Below, in pieces: positions 7,412 to 16,297 of a DNA stretch of 24,562 bases. The position numbers and the translations under genes are program-made. The stretch is taken from the NCBI GenBank assembly GCA_038320275.1, contig JBBQEB010000046.1, positions 1 to 24,562 of the forward strand, written 5' to 3'. The DNA comes from Myxococcales bacterium (GTDB lineage Bacteria > Myxococcota > Myxococcia > Myxococcales > Anaeromyxobacteraceae). The notes under the pieces were generated by a model. The model was not told the origin of the DNA. It made no database searches and saw nothing but the letters and a program-made list of their open reading frames with translations. The first letter of the stretch is position 1. Each line of letters begins with the position of its first letter.

Positions 7412-9955
7412 ATGCCGCCCTCCCTCGCCGCGCTCCTCCCCGCGGAGGGGATGCACCTTGCGCCGGACGCCATCCTCGACGCCTTCGTGAGCTGGGTGGC
7501 CGCCTCGGGCCTCACCCTCTACCCGGCGCAGGAGGAGGCGCTGCTCGCGCTGCTCGACGGGCGCCACCTCGTGCTCGCGACGCCCACCGGCTCTGGAAAG
7601 TCCCTCGTCGCGACCTTCCTGCATTTTCAAGCCATGGCCGAGGGGCGGCGATCGGTCTACACCTGCCCGATCAAGGCGCTCGTCAACGAGAAGTTCTTCG
7701 CGTTGTGCGAGGCCTTCGGCGCGGAAAACGTGGGCATGATGACCGGCGACGCTGCCATCAACCGCGACGCTCCCATCCTCTGCTGCACCGCCGAGATCCT
7801 CGCCAACATGGCGCTCCGCGAGGCGCGTCCGCGCACCGACGCGATCGTCATGGACGAGTTCCACTACTACGGCGACCGCGACCGCGGCGTGGCCTGGCAG
7901 GTACCGCTGCTCCTGCTCGACCGGGCCACCTTTCTGCTCATGTCGGCCACTCTGGGCGACGTGAGCGCCATCGCGGAGGGGATCACCGCCCTCACCGGTC
8001 GGCCCGTCGCGGAGGTGCGCGGCATGGAGCGGCCGGTGCCGCTCGAATTCGCGTACGCGGAGACGCCGCTCCACGAGACGATCGAGGAGCTGGTGTCCGC
8101 GGGCCGGGCGCCCATCTACCTCGTGCATTTCACCCAGAGGGCGGCCGCGGAGGGCGCCCAGAATCTGATGTCCGCCAACTTCTCCTCGCGGGAGGAGAAG
8201 GACCGCATCCGCGCGGCGCTCGAAGGCGTGCGCTTCGACACGCCCTACGGGAAGGAGATCCAGCGCTTCCTGCGGCACGGGATCGGGCTGCACCACGCCG
8301 GACTCCTGCCGCGCTACCGACTCCTGGTGGAGAAGCTCGCCCAGGGTGGCCTGCTCAAGGTGATCGCGGGCACCGATACGCTCGGCATGGGCGTGAACAT
8401 CCCCATCCGGACGGTGCTCTTCACCCAGCTCTGCAAGTTCGACGGGACGAAGACCGCGCTCCTCACCGCGCGCGACTTCCACCAGATCAGCGGCCGGGCG
8501 GGGCGCAAGGGCTTCGACGATCGGGGCTACGTGGTGGCGCAGGCGCCCGAGCACGTCATCGAGAACAAGCGCATCGCGGAGAAGCAGGCGGCTGGCAAGA
8601 AGGCGGTGAAGCGGCAACCGCCGCAGAAGGGATACGTCCCCTGGGATCGCACCACCTTCGAGCGGCTGCAGACAAAGGAGCCCGAGCCGTTGGTGTCGCG
8701 CTTCGAGCTCTCGTTCGGGCTCGTGCTGGAGCTCCTGCAGAGCGAGACGATCCAGCGCGGCGGCGGCTACGCCCGGCTGGTGGAGCTCGTCGCTCGCGCG
8801 CACGAGACGCCCTATGCGCGCGCGAAGCTCCGGCGGGCGGCCGCGGAGAGCTTCCGGACGCTGCGCCGCGCCGGCCTGCTGGAGCTCCACGCGGTGGAGG
8901 GCTACCGGGGGCGACACGTGCGGCTCGCCCCCGGCCTGCAGCGCGACTTCTCGCTCCACCAGACGCTCTCGCTCTGGCTCCTCGACACCCTGCCCAAGGT
9001 GCCGTTCGAGGGGGAGACCTACGCGCTCGACATCCTCTCGCTGGTGGAGGCCATCCTGGAGAACCCGGAGGTGGTCCTGTGGAAGCAGCTCGATGCCGCC
9101 CGGGGGCGCGCGGTCGCCGAGATGAAGGCGAAGGGCATGGAGTACGACGAGCGCATGGCGGAGCTGGAGAAGGTCACCTACCCCAAGCCCCACGCCGACT
9201 TCATCTACGCCACCTTCAACGAGTTCGCGGCGGTCCACCCGTGGGTGGGCGCCGAGAACATCCGGCCCAAGTCGGTGGCCCGGGAGCTGGCGGAGCGGTA
9301 CATGGCCTTCAACGACTACGTGGTCGAGTACGAGCTGCAGCGCTCCGAGGGCGTGCTCCTGCGCTACCTCGCCGACGCCTACAAGGCGCTCGTGCAAGGC
9401 GTGCCCGAGCGCTTTCGCGACGAGCGGCTCGACGACGTCATCGCCTTCCTCCGGCTCACCGTGCGGGGTGCCGACGCCTCCCTGCTGGACGAGTGGGAGC
9501 GCATGCGCGACCCCTCCTACCGCGCCGCCGCGATCGATCCGCGCGCCGCGCTGGGCGCCCTGCCGCCCCGGATCGCCCAGCCCGACGACGACCCCCGCGC
9601 GTTCGCCGCGCGCGTGCGCAACGAGCTGCACCGCCTGCTCGTCCACCTCGCCGGGAAGCGCTGGGCGGACGCGGCCACGAGCGCCTTTTCTCCGGACGGC
9701 GCCTGGACCCCGGCCCGGCTCGAAGCCGAGCTCGCGCCCTACTTCGCCGAGCACGCGTCCATCGACACCCGGCCCGTGGCGAGGCTCCCGCACAACACGC
9801 TCCTCGTGAAGACGGGCCCTCGGACCTGGTCGGCGACCCAGCGCATCGTCGATCCCGAGGGCGAGGTGGACTGGGCCATCGCATGCGCCATCGACCTCGC
9901 CGTCGAGCGGCCCGAGGGGGCTCCGCTCATCGAGCTGGTGCGCGTCGGAACGTGA
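7412..9955 (+). CDS. Ski2/HelY-like DEAD/DEAH-box helicase with DUF3516-type C-terminus
   Basis: Motifs TPTGSGKS, PIKAL, DEFH, MSAT, HHAGL, TDTLGMGVN and QISGRAGRKG. Confidence 0.92.
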   Translation: MPPSLAALLPAEGMHLAPDAILDAFVSWVAASGLTLYPAQEEALLALLDGRHLVLATPTGSGKSLVATFLHFQAMAEGRRSVYTCPIKALVNEKFFALCEAFGAENVGMMTGDAAINRDAPILCCTAEILANMALREARPRTDAIVMDEFHYYGDRDRGVAWQVPLLLLDRATFLLMSATLGDVSAIAEGITALTGRPVAEVRGMERPVPLEFAYAETPLHETIEELVSAGRAPIYLVHFTQRAAAEGAQNLMSANFSSREEKDRIRAALEGVRFDTPYGKEIQRFLRHGIGLHHAGLLPRYRLLVEKLAQGGLLKVIAGTDTLGMGVNIPIRTVLFTQLCKFDGTKTALLTARDFHQISGRAGRKGFDDRGYVVAQAPEHVIENKRIAEKQAAGKKAVKRQPPQKGYVPWDRTTFERLQTKEPEPLVSRFELSFGLVLELLQSETIQRGGGYARLVELVARAHETPYARAKLRRAAAESFRTLRRAGLLELHAVEGYRGRHVRLAPGLQRDFSLHQTLSLWLLDTLPKVPFEGETYALDILSLVEAILENPEVVLWKQLDAARGRAVAEMKAKGMEYDERMAELEKVTYPKPHADFIYATFNEFAAVHPWVGAENIRPKSVARELAERYMAFNDYVVEYELQRSEGVLLRYLADAYKALVQGVPERFRDERLDDVIAFLRLTVRGADASLLDEWERMRDPSYRAAAIDPRAALGALPPRIAQPDDDPRAFAARVRNELHRLLVHLAGKRWADAATSAFSPDGAWTPARLEAELAPYFAEHASIDTRPVARLPHNTLLVKTGPRTWSATQRIVDPEGEVDWAIACAIDLAVERPEGAPLIELVRVGT

Positions 9956-10009
9956 GGTCGGGGCGCGCGGCGGGCTGCGCCCTCGCGCCGGGATGACCAC
10001 TCTTGGGCG

Positions 10010-10321
10010 GTGAACACAGCAACCGAGGCCCTCGGCTGGGTGAGCTCCTTCATCCTCGTCCTCACCATCGCCAAGCAGGTCTACAAGCAGTGGAAGGAGG
10101 GATCGAGCGAGGGGGTGTCGAAATGGCTCTTCCTCGGGCAGCTCGCCGCCTCCACCGGCTTCACCCTCTACAGCTTGCTCGTCGGCAACTGGGTCTTCGT
10201 CGTGACGAACGGCCTCATGCTGGTGAACGGCCTGCTCGGGCTGCTCATCGTGATGCGTCACCGGCGCCGGGCACGGCGGGGTAAAGGACCCGCCGACCTT
10301 CGATCACCGCGAACGGCGTGA
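10010..10321 (+). CDS. Small 3-TM membrane protein, PQ-loop/SemiSWEET-like
   Basis: Three hydrophobic segments, KQVYKQWKEGSSEGVS loop typical of PQ-loop repeats, and Asn in TM3 (NWVFVVTN). Confidence 0.72.
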   Translation: MNTATEALGWVSSFILVLTIAKQVYKQWKEGSSEGVSKWLFLGQLAASTGFTLYSLLVGNWVFVVTNGLMLVNGLLGLLIVMRHRRRARRGKGPADLRSPRTA

Positions 10322-10823
10322 CCCGGTGCGGGCGGGTTCGGCCGAGGCCCACGATGTGCTCGACCACCACGCCTCGCGCGAAGAGCGCGTCGGCGATGAG
10401 CGAGCGGTGGCAGCGCCAGGGAACGGCCTCGGCGCACAGGACCGCCACCGGCCCCGCGCGCGCCAGCGCGCGCAGCTCCAAGAGCCCCTCCTCGAAGTCG
10501 GCTGTCTGCATGTAGTCCGCGTAGCCCCGGAAGCTCGCGTTGCGCCACGCGCCGTTGGGCGAGTCCTTCCGGGCGCGACGCAGCCCGCCCAGCCGCGGGA
10601 GATGGACATAGGCGATCCCCTCGCCGGGCAGGCGCTCCGCGAGGACCTCGATCCCGAACTGCGGGTTGTGTCGCGAGCGCGGAACGGTCCGCACGTCCGC
10701 CAAGGTCACCGCACCGGCCGCGCGGAGCCAGGCCACGAGCTCGTCGAGGGGACGGGTGGAGTGACCGATGGCGAGGACGCGCGCCTTGCCCCATCCCGGC
10801 GCTGCCCGGGGAACGTCCGGCAT
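10245..10823 (-). CDS. DUF488 family protein
   Basis: IGHSTRP, LADVRTVPRSRHNPQF, LGGLR, SFRGYADYM and CAEAVPWRCHRSLIAD. Start set at ATG 10823. Confidence 0.9.
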   Translation of the reverse strand: MPDVPRAAPGWGKARVLAIGHSTRPLDELVAWLRAAGAVTLADVRTVPRSRHNPQFGIEVLAERLPGEGIAYVHLPRLGGLRRARKDSPNGAWRNASFRGYADYMQTADFEEGLLELRALARAGPVAVLCAEAVPWRCHRSLIADALFARGVVVEHIVGLGRTRPHRVTPFAVIEGRRVLYPAVPGAGDASR

Positions 10824-10867
10824 GGACGAGTTCTTGCGGTCGGCGCCCGACCGACGCCACCTCCTCG

Positions 10868-12004
10868 GTGGCGAAGACGGACAACGACGCCCCGAACGCG
10901 CCTGGCGAGCCCTCGCCCGCGTGGGCACCTTCCTGGCCGGTGAACGGCGAGGCCGACATGCAGGGGCGAAAGCTCGGCGTCACGGAGCGCTCCGTCGCGG
11001 TGCTCGCGGTGGGCGCGGTGCTCGCCTTCCTGTGGCTCGCGCGCGAGTTCCTGCTGCCGACGGTGCTCGCCATCTTCCTCGCCTTCACGGTGCATCCCTT
11101 CGTGAACTGGCTGGAGCGGCGCAAGGTGCCGCACGCCGTGGCGGCGCTCGCGGGCACGCTGCTCGCCACGCTCATCATCGCCGCCATCCTGGCCCTCCTC
11201 TACAACGCCATCTCCGCGTTCTACGACGAGCTCCCCGCCTACGAGGACCGCACCCGGGAGATCGGGTCGGCGATCGCGAAGCGGTACGCCCACTTCAGGC
11301 ACCAGTCGGACGTGCTCGTGAAGCCGCAGCGCGGCGAGGTGAAGGTGCAGGAGGGTGTGCCGTGGGTGACGCTCCTCGTCGGCACGGCGCAGGGCGCGCT
11401 CAAGCTCCTGGGCCAGGCGACGGTGGCCACCTTCACGCTGTACTTCGCGCTGGCGGAGGGGCCGCGGTTCCGGGAGAAGCTGCTCTCGGCCATGGGGCGC
11501 AAGGGGGCCGCGCGCGAGGAGACGGTCGCCGCCCTCCACGAGATTCACCGCGATCTCGAAGGCTACATGGTGAACCGCGTCCTCCTCAACGCGGCGCTGG
11601 GCGCGGTCACCTGGGCTGTGTACGCGCTGTACGGCCTCGATCACGCGGCGGTCTGGGGACTCACCACCGCCCTCCTGCACTTCGTCCCGTACGTGGGGCC
11701 GGCGCTCGGCCTCGCGCTGCCCACCGCCATGGCGCTCCTCCAGTTCGGGAGGGCCCAGAACGTGGCCGTCGTGGCGGCCATCTACGTCGCGCTGGTGTCG
11801 CTGCAGGGCAACGTGCTGGACCCGATCTTCCTGGGGAAGCAGCTCCGCCTCTCCTCGATCGTGATCTTCGTCGGGTCGCTGTTCTGGTTCTGGATCTGGG
11901 GCCCCGTGGGGCTCTTCCTGGCGGTGCCCCTGCTCTCGACCATCCGCATCACCTGCGGGCACATCCCGCGGCTGCAGGTGGTGGCCGACTTCCTGGGCGA
12001 GTAG
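10868..12004 (+). CDS. AI-2E family (TqsA/PerM-like) transporter
   Basis: Multiple TMs, FVPYVGP, LQGNVLDPIFLGKQLRLS and WIWGPVGLFLAVPL. True start may be ATG 10958 (GAGG upstream). Confidence 0.9.
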   Translation: MAKTDNDAPNAPGEPSPAWAPSWPVNGEADMQGRKLGVTERSVAVLAVGAVLAFLWLAREFLLPTVLAIFLAFTVHPFVNWLERRKVPHAVAALAGTLLATLIIAAILALLYNAISAFYDELPAYEDRTREIGSAIAKRYAHFRHQSDVLVKPQRGEVKVQEGVPWVTLLVGTAQGALKLLGQATVATFTLYFALAEGPRFREKLLSAMGRKGAAREETVAALHEIHRDLEGYMVNRVLLNAALGAVTWAVYALYGLDHAAVWGLTTALLHFVPYVGPALGLALPTAMALLQFGRAQNVAVVAAIYVALVSLQGNVLDPIFLGKQLRLSSIVIFVGSLFWFWIWGPVGLFLAVPLLSTIRITCGHIPRLQVVADFLGE

Positions 12005-12053
12005 CCCCGCGCGCCGAGGGCGAGGCGGCAAGCTCCCGGGAACGGCGCCTCGC

Positions 12054-12743
12054 TCAGCGGTCCGGTGAGGGCGCGCCAGGCTCCGGCGCGAGCGGCGAGC
12101 TCGCGAGCCTTGCCAGGAGATCGGCCGCGTCTCGATACACCTCGACGCAGCCGGCATCCCGGAGGTCCCGCTCCGCGAACCCTCCCGAGAGCAGGCCCAC
12201 GGTCACGATCCCAGCCCGGGAGGCAGCGATGGCGTCGTACGGGCTGTCGCCTACTGCCACCGCCTCGGACGGCTCGGTCTCGAGCTTCTCCAGGCACGCC
12301 TCGAAAATGTCGGGCGCGGGCTTCGACGCCTCCGCGTCGTCCGCGGTGCTGGCCGCGTCCACGAAGGCCGCTCCGCCGACCATGCGCAGGTAGTAGCCCA
12401 GCTCGGTGCGATTGCAGGACGAGGCCAGGCCGATGAGCATCCCCGCCCGCTTGAGGCTCACGAGCAGCTCGCGCGCCTGTGGGAACGGCTTCACGAGCCC
12501 CAGATACTCCCTGCGGAAGAGTGCGCCGCGGTACTCCGTGAGGTCTTCGCCGAACCGGTCGATCTCGTCCTCGGATAGGAACGCGGGCAAGAGCTGGTCG
12601 CCGCCCTTCCCGATCTGCCCTCGCACTTCCGACAGCGGCACCTCTTTTCCGAAGTGCGAGAACGCCTCCTGCCAGGCGCGGGCGTGGAGGTCCACGGAGT
12701 CCACCAGGGTACCGTCGATGTCGAAGAGCGCAGTTCGGGCCAC
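12054..12743 (-). CDS. HAD-superfamily hydrolase (phosphatase)
   Basis: Motif I FDIDGTLVDS, motif II ASS, motif III KPAPD and motif IV VGDSPYD. Confidence 0.92.
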   Translation of the reverse strand: MARTALFDIDGTLVDSVDLHARAWQEAFSHFGKEVPLSEVRGQIGKGGDQLLPAFLSEDEIDRFGEDLTEYRGALFRREYLGLVKPFPQARELLVSLKRAGMLIGLASSCNRTELGYYLRMVGGAAFVDAASTADDAEASKPAPDIFEACLEKLETEPSEAVAVGDSPYDAIAASRAGIVTVGLLSGGFAERDLRDAGCVEVYRDAADLLARLASSPLAPEPGAPSPDR

Positions 12744-12847
12744 GGAGGAGAAGGTGGTGCCGATAGGGGGGTGGCCGCAAGCGGTCGGTCGATGCTCGCC
12801 TGGGTCGCATTCAGCGGGCAGCGTGGCTGCACGCCTGCTCGCCGGTA

Positions 12848-12876
12848 TTGACAGCCGTCAAGGTCTGGTTCATCTG
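12848..12876. promoter_or_regulatory. TTGAC-N4-GTCAA palindrome (CRP/FNR-family-like box) coinciding with a TTGACA -35 element
   Basis: ttgacagccgtcaa at 12848-12861. TTGACA, 17 nt, CATCTG (12871-12876), then 7 nt to ATG 12884. Confidence 0.5.
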
Positions 12877-12883
12877 TCCACCC

Positions 12884-13243
12884 ATGCTGGAAAGCCTCAA
12901 GCCGAAGGGCGGCAAGCGCTGGCCGCGCGGACAGAAGTTCGAGCTCTCGCCGACCGGGGTCCTCGCCGAGGCCTCCTACCGCGCAGCCGTCCAGCTCGCG
13001 CGCGCGCAGGGCCGCAACGCCCTCGAGGTCGAGGAGCGGCGCTGGGCCGAGCCGCTGGGGGTGCAGCCGCACGACGGCGTCGTCCTGGGAGAGCTGCGGG
13101 GCGGGCGGAAGAGCCTGTCCGATCTCACGCGCGGGCTCGAGGACTGCGGTTCCAGCGCGGCGGACGTGAAGGCGGCCATCGACCGGCTGGCGGAGGCCCA
13201 GCTCGTCGCCGCGGTGCCCGCCTCGGCCGCAGAGGCGGCATAG
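12884..13243 (+). CDS. Hypothetical protein (119 aa), C-terminal half resembles a winged helix-turn-helix
   Basis: High-GC3 codon usage from ATG 12884. VLGELRGGRKSLSDLTRGL...DVKAAIDRLAEAQLV has a wHTH-like pattern. Confidence 0.65.
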   Translation: MLESLKPKGGKRWPRGQKFELSPTGVLAEASYRAAVQLARAQGRNALEVEERRWAEPLGVQPHDGVVLGELRGGRKSLSDLTRGLEDCGSSAADVKAAIDRLAEAQLVAAVPASAAEAA

Positions 13244-13291
13244 ACCGCGAGCGGTACGCCCCGGCAAGAGCGCCGCGGCCGGGAACGCTTT

Positions 13292-13672
13292 CTAGTCCAT
13301 CCCGCCCCGTCGCTCCGCCTTCTTCCTCGCCTCCTTCTTCTTGGTCTCGAGGCGCCGCTCCTTCGACCCGCGCGTCGCCTGGGTGGGCCTGCGCGGGCGG
13401 GGCACGTGGGCGAGCGCGACCAGCCGCTCCCGCAGCCGCTCCAGCGCCGCCCCGCGATTCTGGAGCTGGCTCCGGCGCTCGGTGGCCATCACCGTGACCC
13501 CGGTCGCGAGGTGGACGAGCCGGACCCCACTCGCGGTCTTGTTGCGATGCTGTCCTCCCGGGCCGCCTCCCACGAAGAACGACGCGTCGCAGCCTGCGAG
13601 CAGCACCTCGTCCGGGAGATCGCGGGCGGCGCGAGCCGCGGTGCGCAGCGCGGGTGGAACGGGCGTCCCCAT
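13292..13672 (-). CDS. arfB: Alternative ribosome-rescue peptidyl-tRNA hydrolase ArfB-like (RF-1 GGQ domain)
   Basis: GGPGGQHRNKTASGVRL plus basic tail PRPRRPTQATRGSKERRLETKK, as in YaeJ/ArfB. Confidence 0.85.
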   Translation of the reverse strand: MGTPVPPALRTAARAARDLPDEVLLAGCDASFFVGGGPGGQHRNKTASGVRLVHLATGVTVMATERRSQLQNRGAALERLRERLVALAHVPRPRRPTQATRGSKERRLETKKKEARKKAERRGGMD

Positions 13673-13761
13673 GGGCACCCAATCTACCTTTTCGGGCCCG
13701 CGCGCGGCAGGATGGCGAGGCGGCTCGCGGCGGCACGCCGCGCCTTCCGGGGAGGAAGTCC

Positions 13762-14928
13762 ATGGAAAGCGACATGTGGGCGCTCGTCTACGACCGTGCC
13801 AACGACCGGTGGGAGGGCGGGAAGGGGCTTCGCCGGGAGCGGGTGGAGCGGCCGCGGTTGGACGTCGCGCGCGATCACCTGGACAGCGGGCAGGTGCTCA
13901 TCAAGACCCGCTTCGCTGGCTTCTGCGGCTCGGACCGGGGCATCTGGTTCCGCCGCGCCTTCAAGGACATGATCTACGGCTCGCTCGATCGGGAGAAGCG
14001 GGACGTCCGCGTGATCGGGCACGAGCTCCTGGGCGAGGTGGTGGAGGTCGGCCCCGAGGCGGCCCGCGACCACGGCTACAAGGCGGGCGACGTCGTGTCG
14101 ACGGAGAGTCACATCGTCTGCAACACCTGCTATCAGTGCCGGATCGGGGACAATCACGTCTGCGAGACGGCCCGCATCATCGGCATCAGCCAGGACGGCT
14201 GCTTCGCCGAGTACGTGAAGCTCCCGGCGCAGACGCTCTGGCCGGTGGACCTGCGCAAGATGCGGCCGGAGGTGGCGGCCCTCCAGGAGCCCTTCGGGAA
14301 CGCGGTCCATGCCTGCACCAAGGTGAACCTCCGCGGCAAGACGGTCGCCATCATCGGCTGCGGCACCATCGGGCTGTTCGCGGTCGCCGTCGCGCGGGCG
14401 CTCGGGGCGCGCAAGGTCATCGGCGTCGAGCCCATGGCCTCGCACATCGAGATGGCGCGCGCGCTCGGCGCCGACGCCGTGGTGGAACCTGCCCAGAAGG
14501 ACGCCATCTCCTACGTCCACGACGAGGGGATCACGCGTGAGATCCGCGACCTCACCGAGGGCGTGGGAGTGGACGTGGCGCTGGAGATGTCCGGCTCGAA
14601 CGCCGCCCTCAACACGGCGCTCGCCGCGGTGCGCCGCGGGGGGCACGTCATCCTCTTCGGGCTGAAGAGCGGCGACGCCGTCATCGAGAGCCTCGACCGC
14701 GTCATCGTGGACGGCATCAGCCTTCACGCGGTGGTGGGCCGGCGCATCTTCGAGACCTGGCACATCACGCGGAACCTGCTCGAGTCCCGCGAGCCCAATA
14801 TCCACGACCTCGTCTGGAACGTCATCCTGCAGCGAGGCGTGGGCACGGTCGTCCCTTTCGCAGAGCTGGAGCCCGCGGCGTTCGAGGCGAAGATCAACGA
14901 GCATCCCAAGGTCCTGCTGAAGTTCTGA
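13762..14928 (+). CDS. tdh: Zn-dependent MDR dehydrogenase, probable L-threonine 3-dehydrogenase
   Basis: CGSD, GHE, CNTCYQC-x7-C structural Zn site, QEPFGNAVH, GCGTIG and GRRIFETW. SD GGAGGA before ATG 13762. Adjacent to kbl. Confidence 0.85.
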   Translation: MESDMWALVYDRANDRWEGGKGLRRERVERPRLDVARDHLDSGQVLIKTRFAGFCGSDRGIWFRRAFKDMIYGSLDREKRDVRVIGHELLGEVVEVGPEAARDHGYKAGDVVSTESHIVCNTCYQCRIGDNHVCETARIIGISQDGCFAEYVKLPAQTLWPVDLRKMRPEVAALQEPFGNAVHACTKVNLRGKTVAIIGCGTIGLFAVAVARALGARKVIGVEPMASHIEMARALGADAVVEPAQKDAISYVHDEGITREIRDLTEGVGVDVALEMSGSNAALNTALAAVRRGGHVILFGLKSGDAVIESLDRVIVDGISLHAVVGRRIFETWHITRNLLESREPNIHDLVWNVILQRGVGTVVPFAELEPAAFEAKINEHPKVLLKF

Positions 14929-14964
14929 GCGCGAGGCCGCCCGCGGCAGCGCCCGAAAGGCACC

Positions 14965-16245
14965 ATGTACGACGAAGCGGAGGCGGTGGTAGGGGCTGCG
15001 CTGGAGGAGATCCGCTCCGCGGGCACCTGGAAGGAGGAGCGCGTCCTCGAGTCCGCGCAGGGAGCCACCGTCCGCGTGAACGGGCGGGAAGTCCTGAACT
15101 TCTGCGCCAACAACTACCTCGGGCTCTCGACGCACCCGCGCGTGCTCGCCGGCGCCCGCGAGGCGCTCGACGCGCGCGGTTTCGGCCTCTCCTCGGTGCG
15201 CTTCATCTGCGGCACGCAGGACCTGCATCGGCGCCTCGAGGGAGAGCTGTCGCGCTTCTTCGGTTTCGAGGACGCCATCCTCTTCAGCTCGTGCTTCGAC
15301 GCCAATGGCGGCGTCTTCGAGGCGCTGCTCGGCGAGGAGGACGCCATCGTCTCGGACGCGCTCAATCACGCCTCCATCATCGACGGCGTGCGGCTTTGCA
15401 AGGCACGGCGCTTTCGCTACGCGAGCGGCGACATGGAGGAGCTCGCCGCCCGGCTCGCGGAGGCGCGCGCGGGGGGAGCGAGGCTCGTGCTGGTCGCGAC
15501 CGACGGCGTCTTCTCCATGGACGGCCGCCTCGCACCGCTCGACCGCATCTGCGAGCTCGCGGAGCGCTTCCGGGCCCTCGTGCTGGTGGACGACTCCCAC
15601 GCTTCCGGCTTCGTGGGCGCCACCGGACGCGGCACGCCGGAGCACTTCGGCGTTCGGGGCCGGGTGGACATCCTCACCTCCACGCTTGGAAAAGCGCTGG
15701 GAGGCGCTGCAGGCGGCTTCGTGGCGGCGCGGGCTGGCCTCGTGGCCCTCCTCCGGCAGCGCGCCCGGCCCTACCTGTTCTCCAACACGCTCGCGCCCGC
15801 CATCGTCGGCGGGAGCCTGGCTGCGCTCGCCCTGCTCGACGCATCCTCCGAGCTGCGCGACCGGGTGATGGAGAACGCGCGCGCCTTTCGCGACGGAATG
15901 ACGCAGGCCGGCTTCGACGTGAAGCCAGGCATCCACCCCATCGTGCCCATCTTGCTCGGCGAGGCGCGCCTGGCGGCGGGGATGGCACGCGACCTGCTGG
16001 ATCGTGGGATCTACGTGGTGGGCTTCAGCTACCCGGTGGTTCCACGCGGCCAGGCGCGCATCCGGGTGCAGCTCTCGGCCGCTCATACGCCCGAGCACGT
16101 GGCGCGAGCGGTCGAGGCGTTCACGCAGGTCGGCCGGGCGCACAGCGTGCTGCGTGAGCCGCCTTCCGCCCACATCGGATTGCCGCAATGCGCTAACGCG
16201 ACGCGCAATCCTGGACGGGCTGATTCTTCTTTACGGAAAAGATGA
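14965..16245 (+). CDS. kbl: Glycine C-acetyltransferase (2-amino-3-ketobutyrate CoA ligase), with atypical C-terminal extension
   Basis: [43 protein letters not shown] (PLP Lys), RPYLFSN and [10 protein letters not shown]. Confidence 0.95.
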   Translation: MYDEAEAVVGAALEEIRSAGTWKEERVLESAQGATVRVNGREVLNFCANNYLGLSTHPRVLAGAREALDARGFGLSSVRFICGTQDLHRRLEGELSRFFGFEDAILFSSCFDANGGVFEALLGEEDAIVSDALNHASIIDGVRLCKARRFRYASGDMEELAARLAEARAGGARLVLVATDGVFSMDGRLAPLDRICELAERFRALVLVDDSHASGFVGATGRGTPEHFGVRGRVDILTSTLGKALGGAAGGFVAARAGLVALLRQRARPYLFSNTLAPAIVGGSLAALALLDASSELRDRVMENARAFRDGMTQAGFDVKPGIHPIVPILLGEARLAAGMARDLLDRGIYVVGFSYPVVPRGQARIRVQLSAAHTPEHVARAVEAFTQVGRAHSVLREPPSAHIGLPQCANATRNPGRADSSLRKR

Positions 16246-16270
16246 CTAGAATTTGGATCTGGGGTCTTTG
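16177..16270 (+). promoter_or_regulatory. AT-rich putative promoter/operator region upstream of the aromatic amino-acid hydroxylase
   Basis: Most AT-rich stretch of the window. GGATTGC (16177)...GCAATCC (16205-16211) inverted repeat and TAGAAT -10-like hexamer at 16247-16252. Confidence 0.45.
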
Positions 16271-16297
16271 GGCCCATGGCCCGGGGGTGCCTTGATC

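Noticed and set aside
7253..10261. 1002-aa minus-strand ORF (also 13684..16188, 99..1628, 3096..4127 and others)
   Set aside because: Antisense shadows of real genes. Strong GC3 bias removes stops on the opposite strand, and the translations have no family motifs.
7412..10823. Helicase plus DUF488 as an anti-phage defence module
   Set aside because: The genes are on opposite strands in a housekeeping context with uniform GC and no mobile or defence neighbours. Nothing in the sequence supports it.
12744..12760. Strong SD-like GGAGGAG followed by GTG on the + strand
   Set aside because: It leads into frame 12406..13497, which overlaps the 12884 gene out of frame and arfB antisense, with shadow-like composition. 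Probably coincidental.
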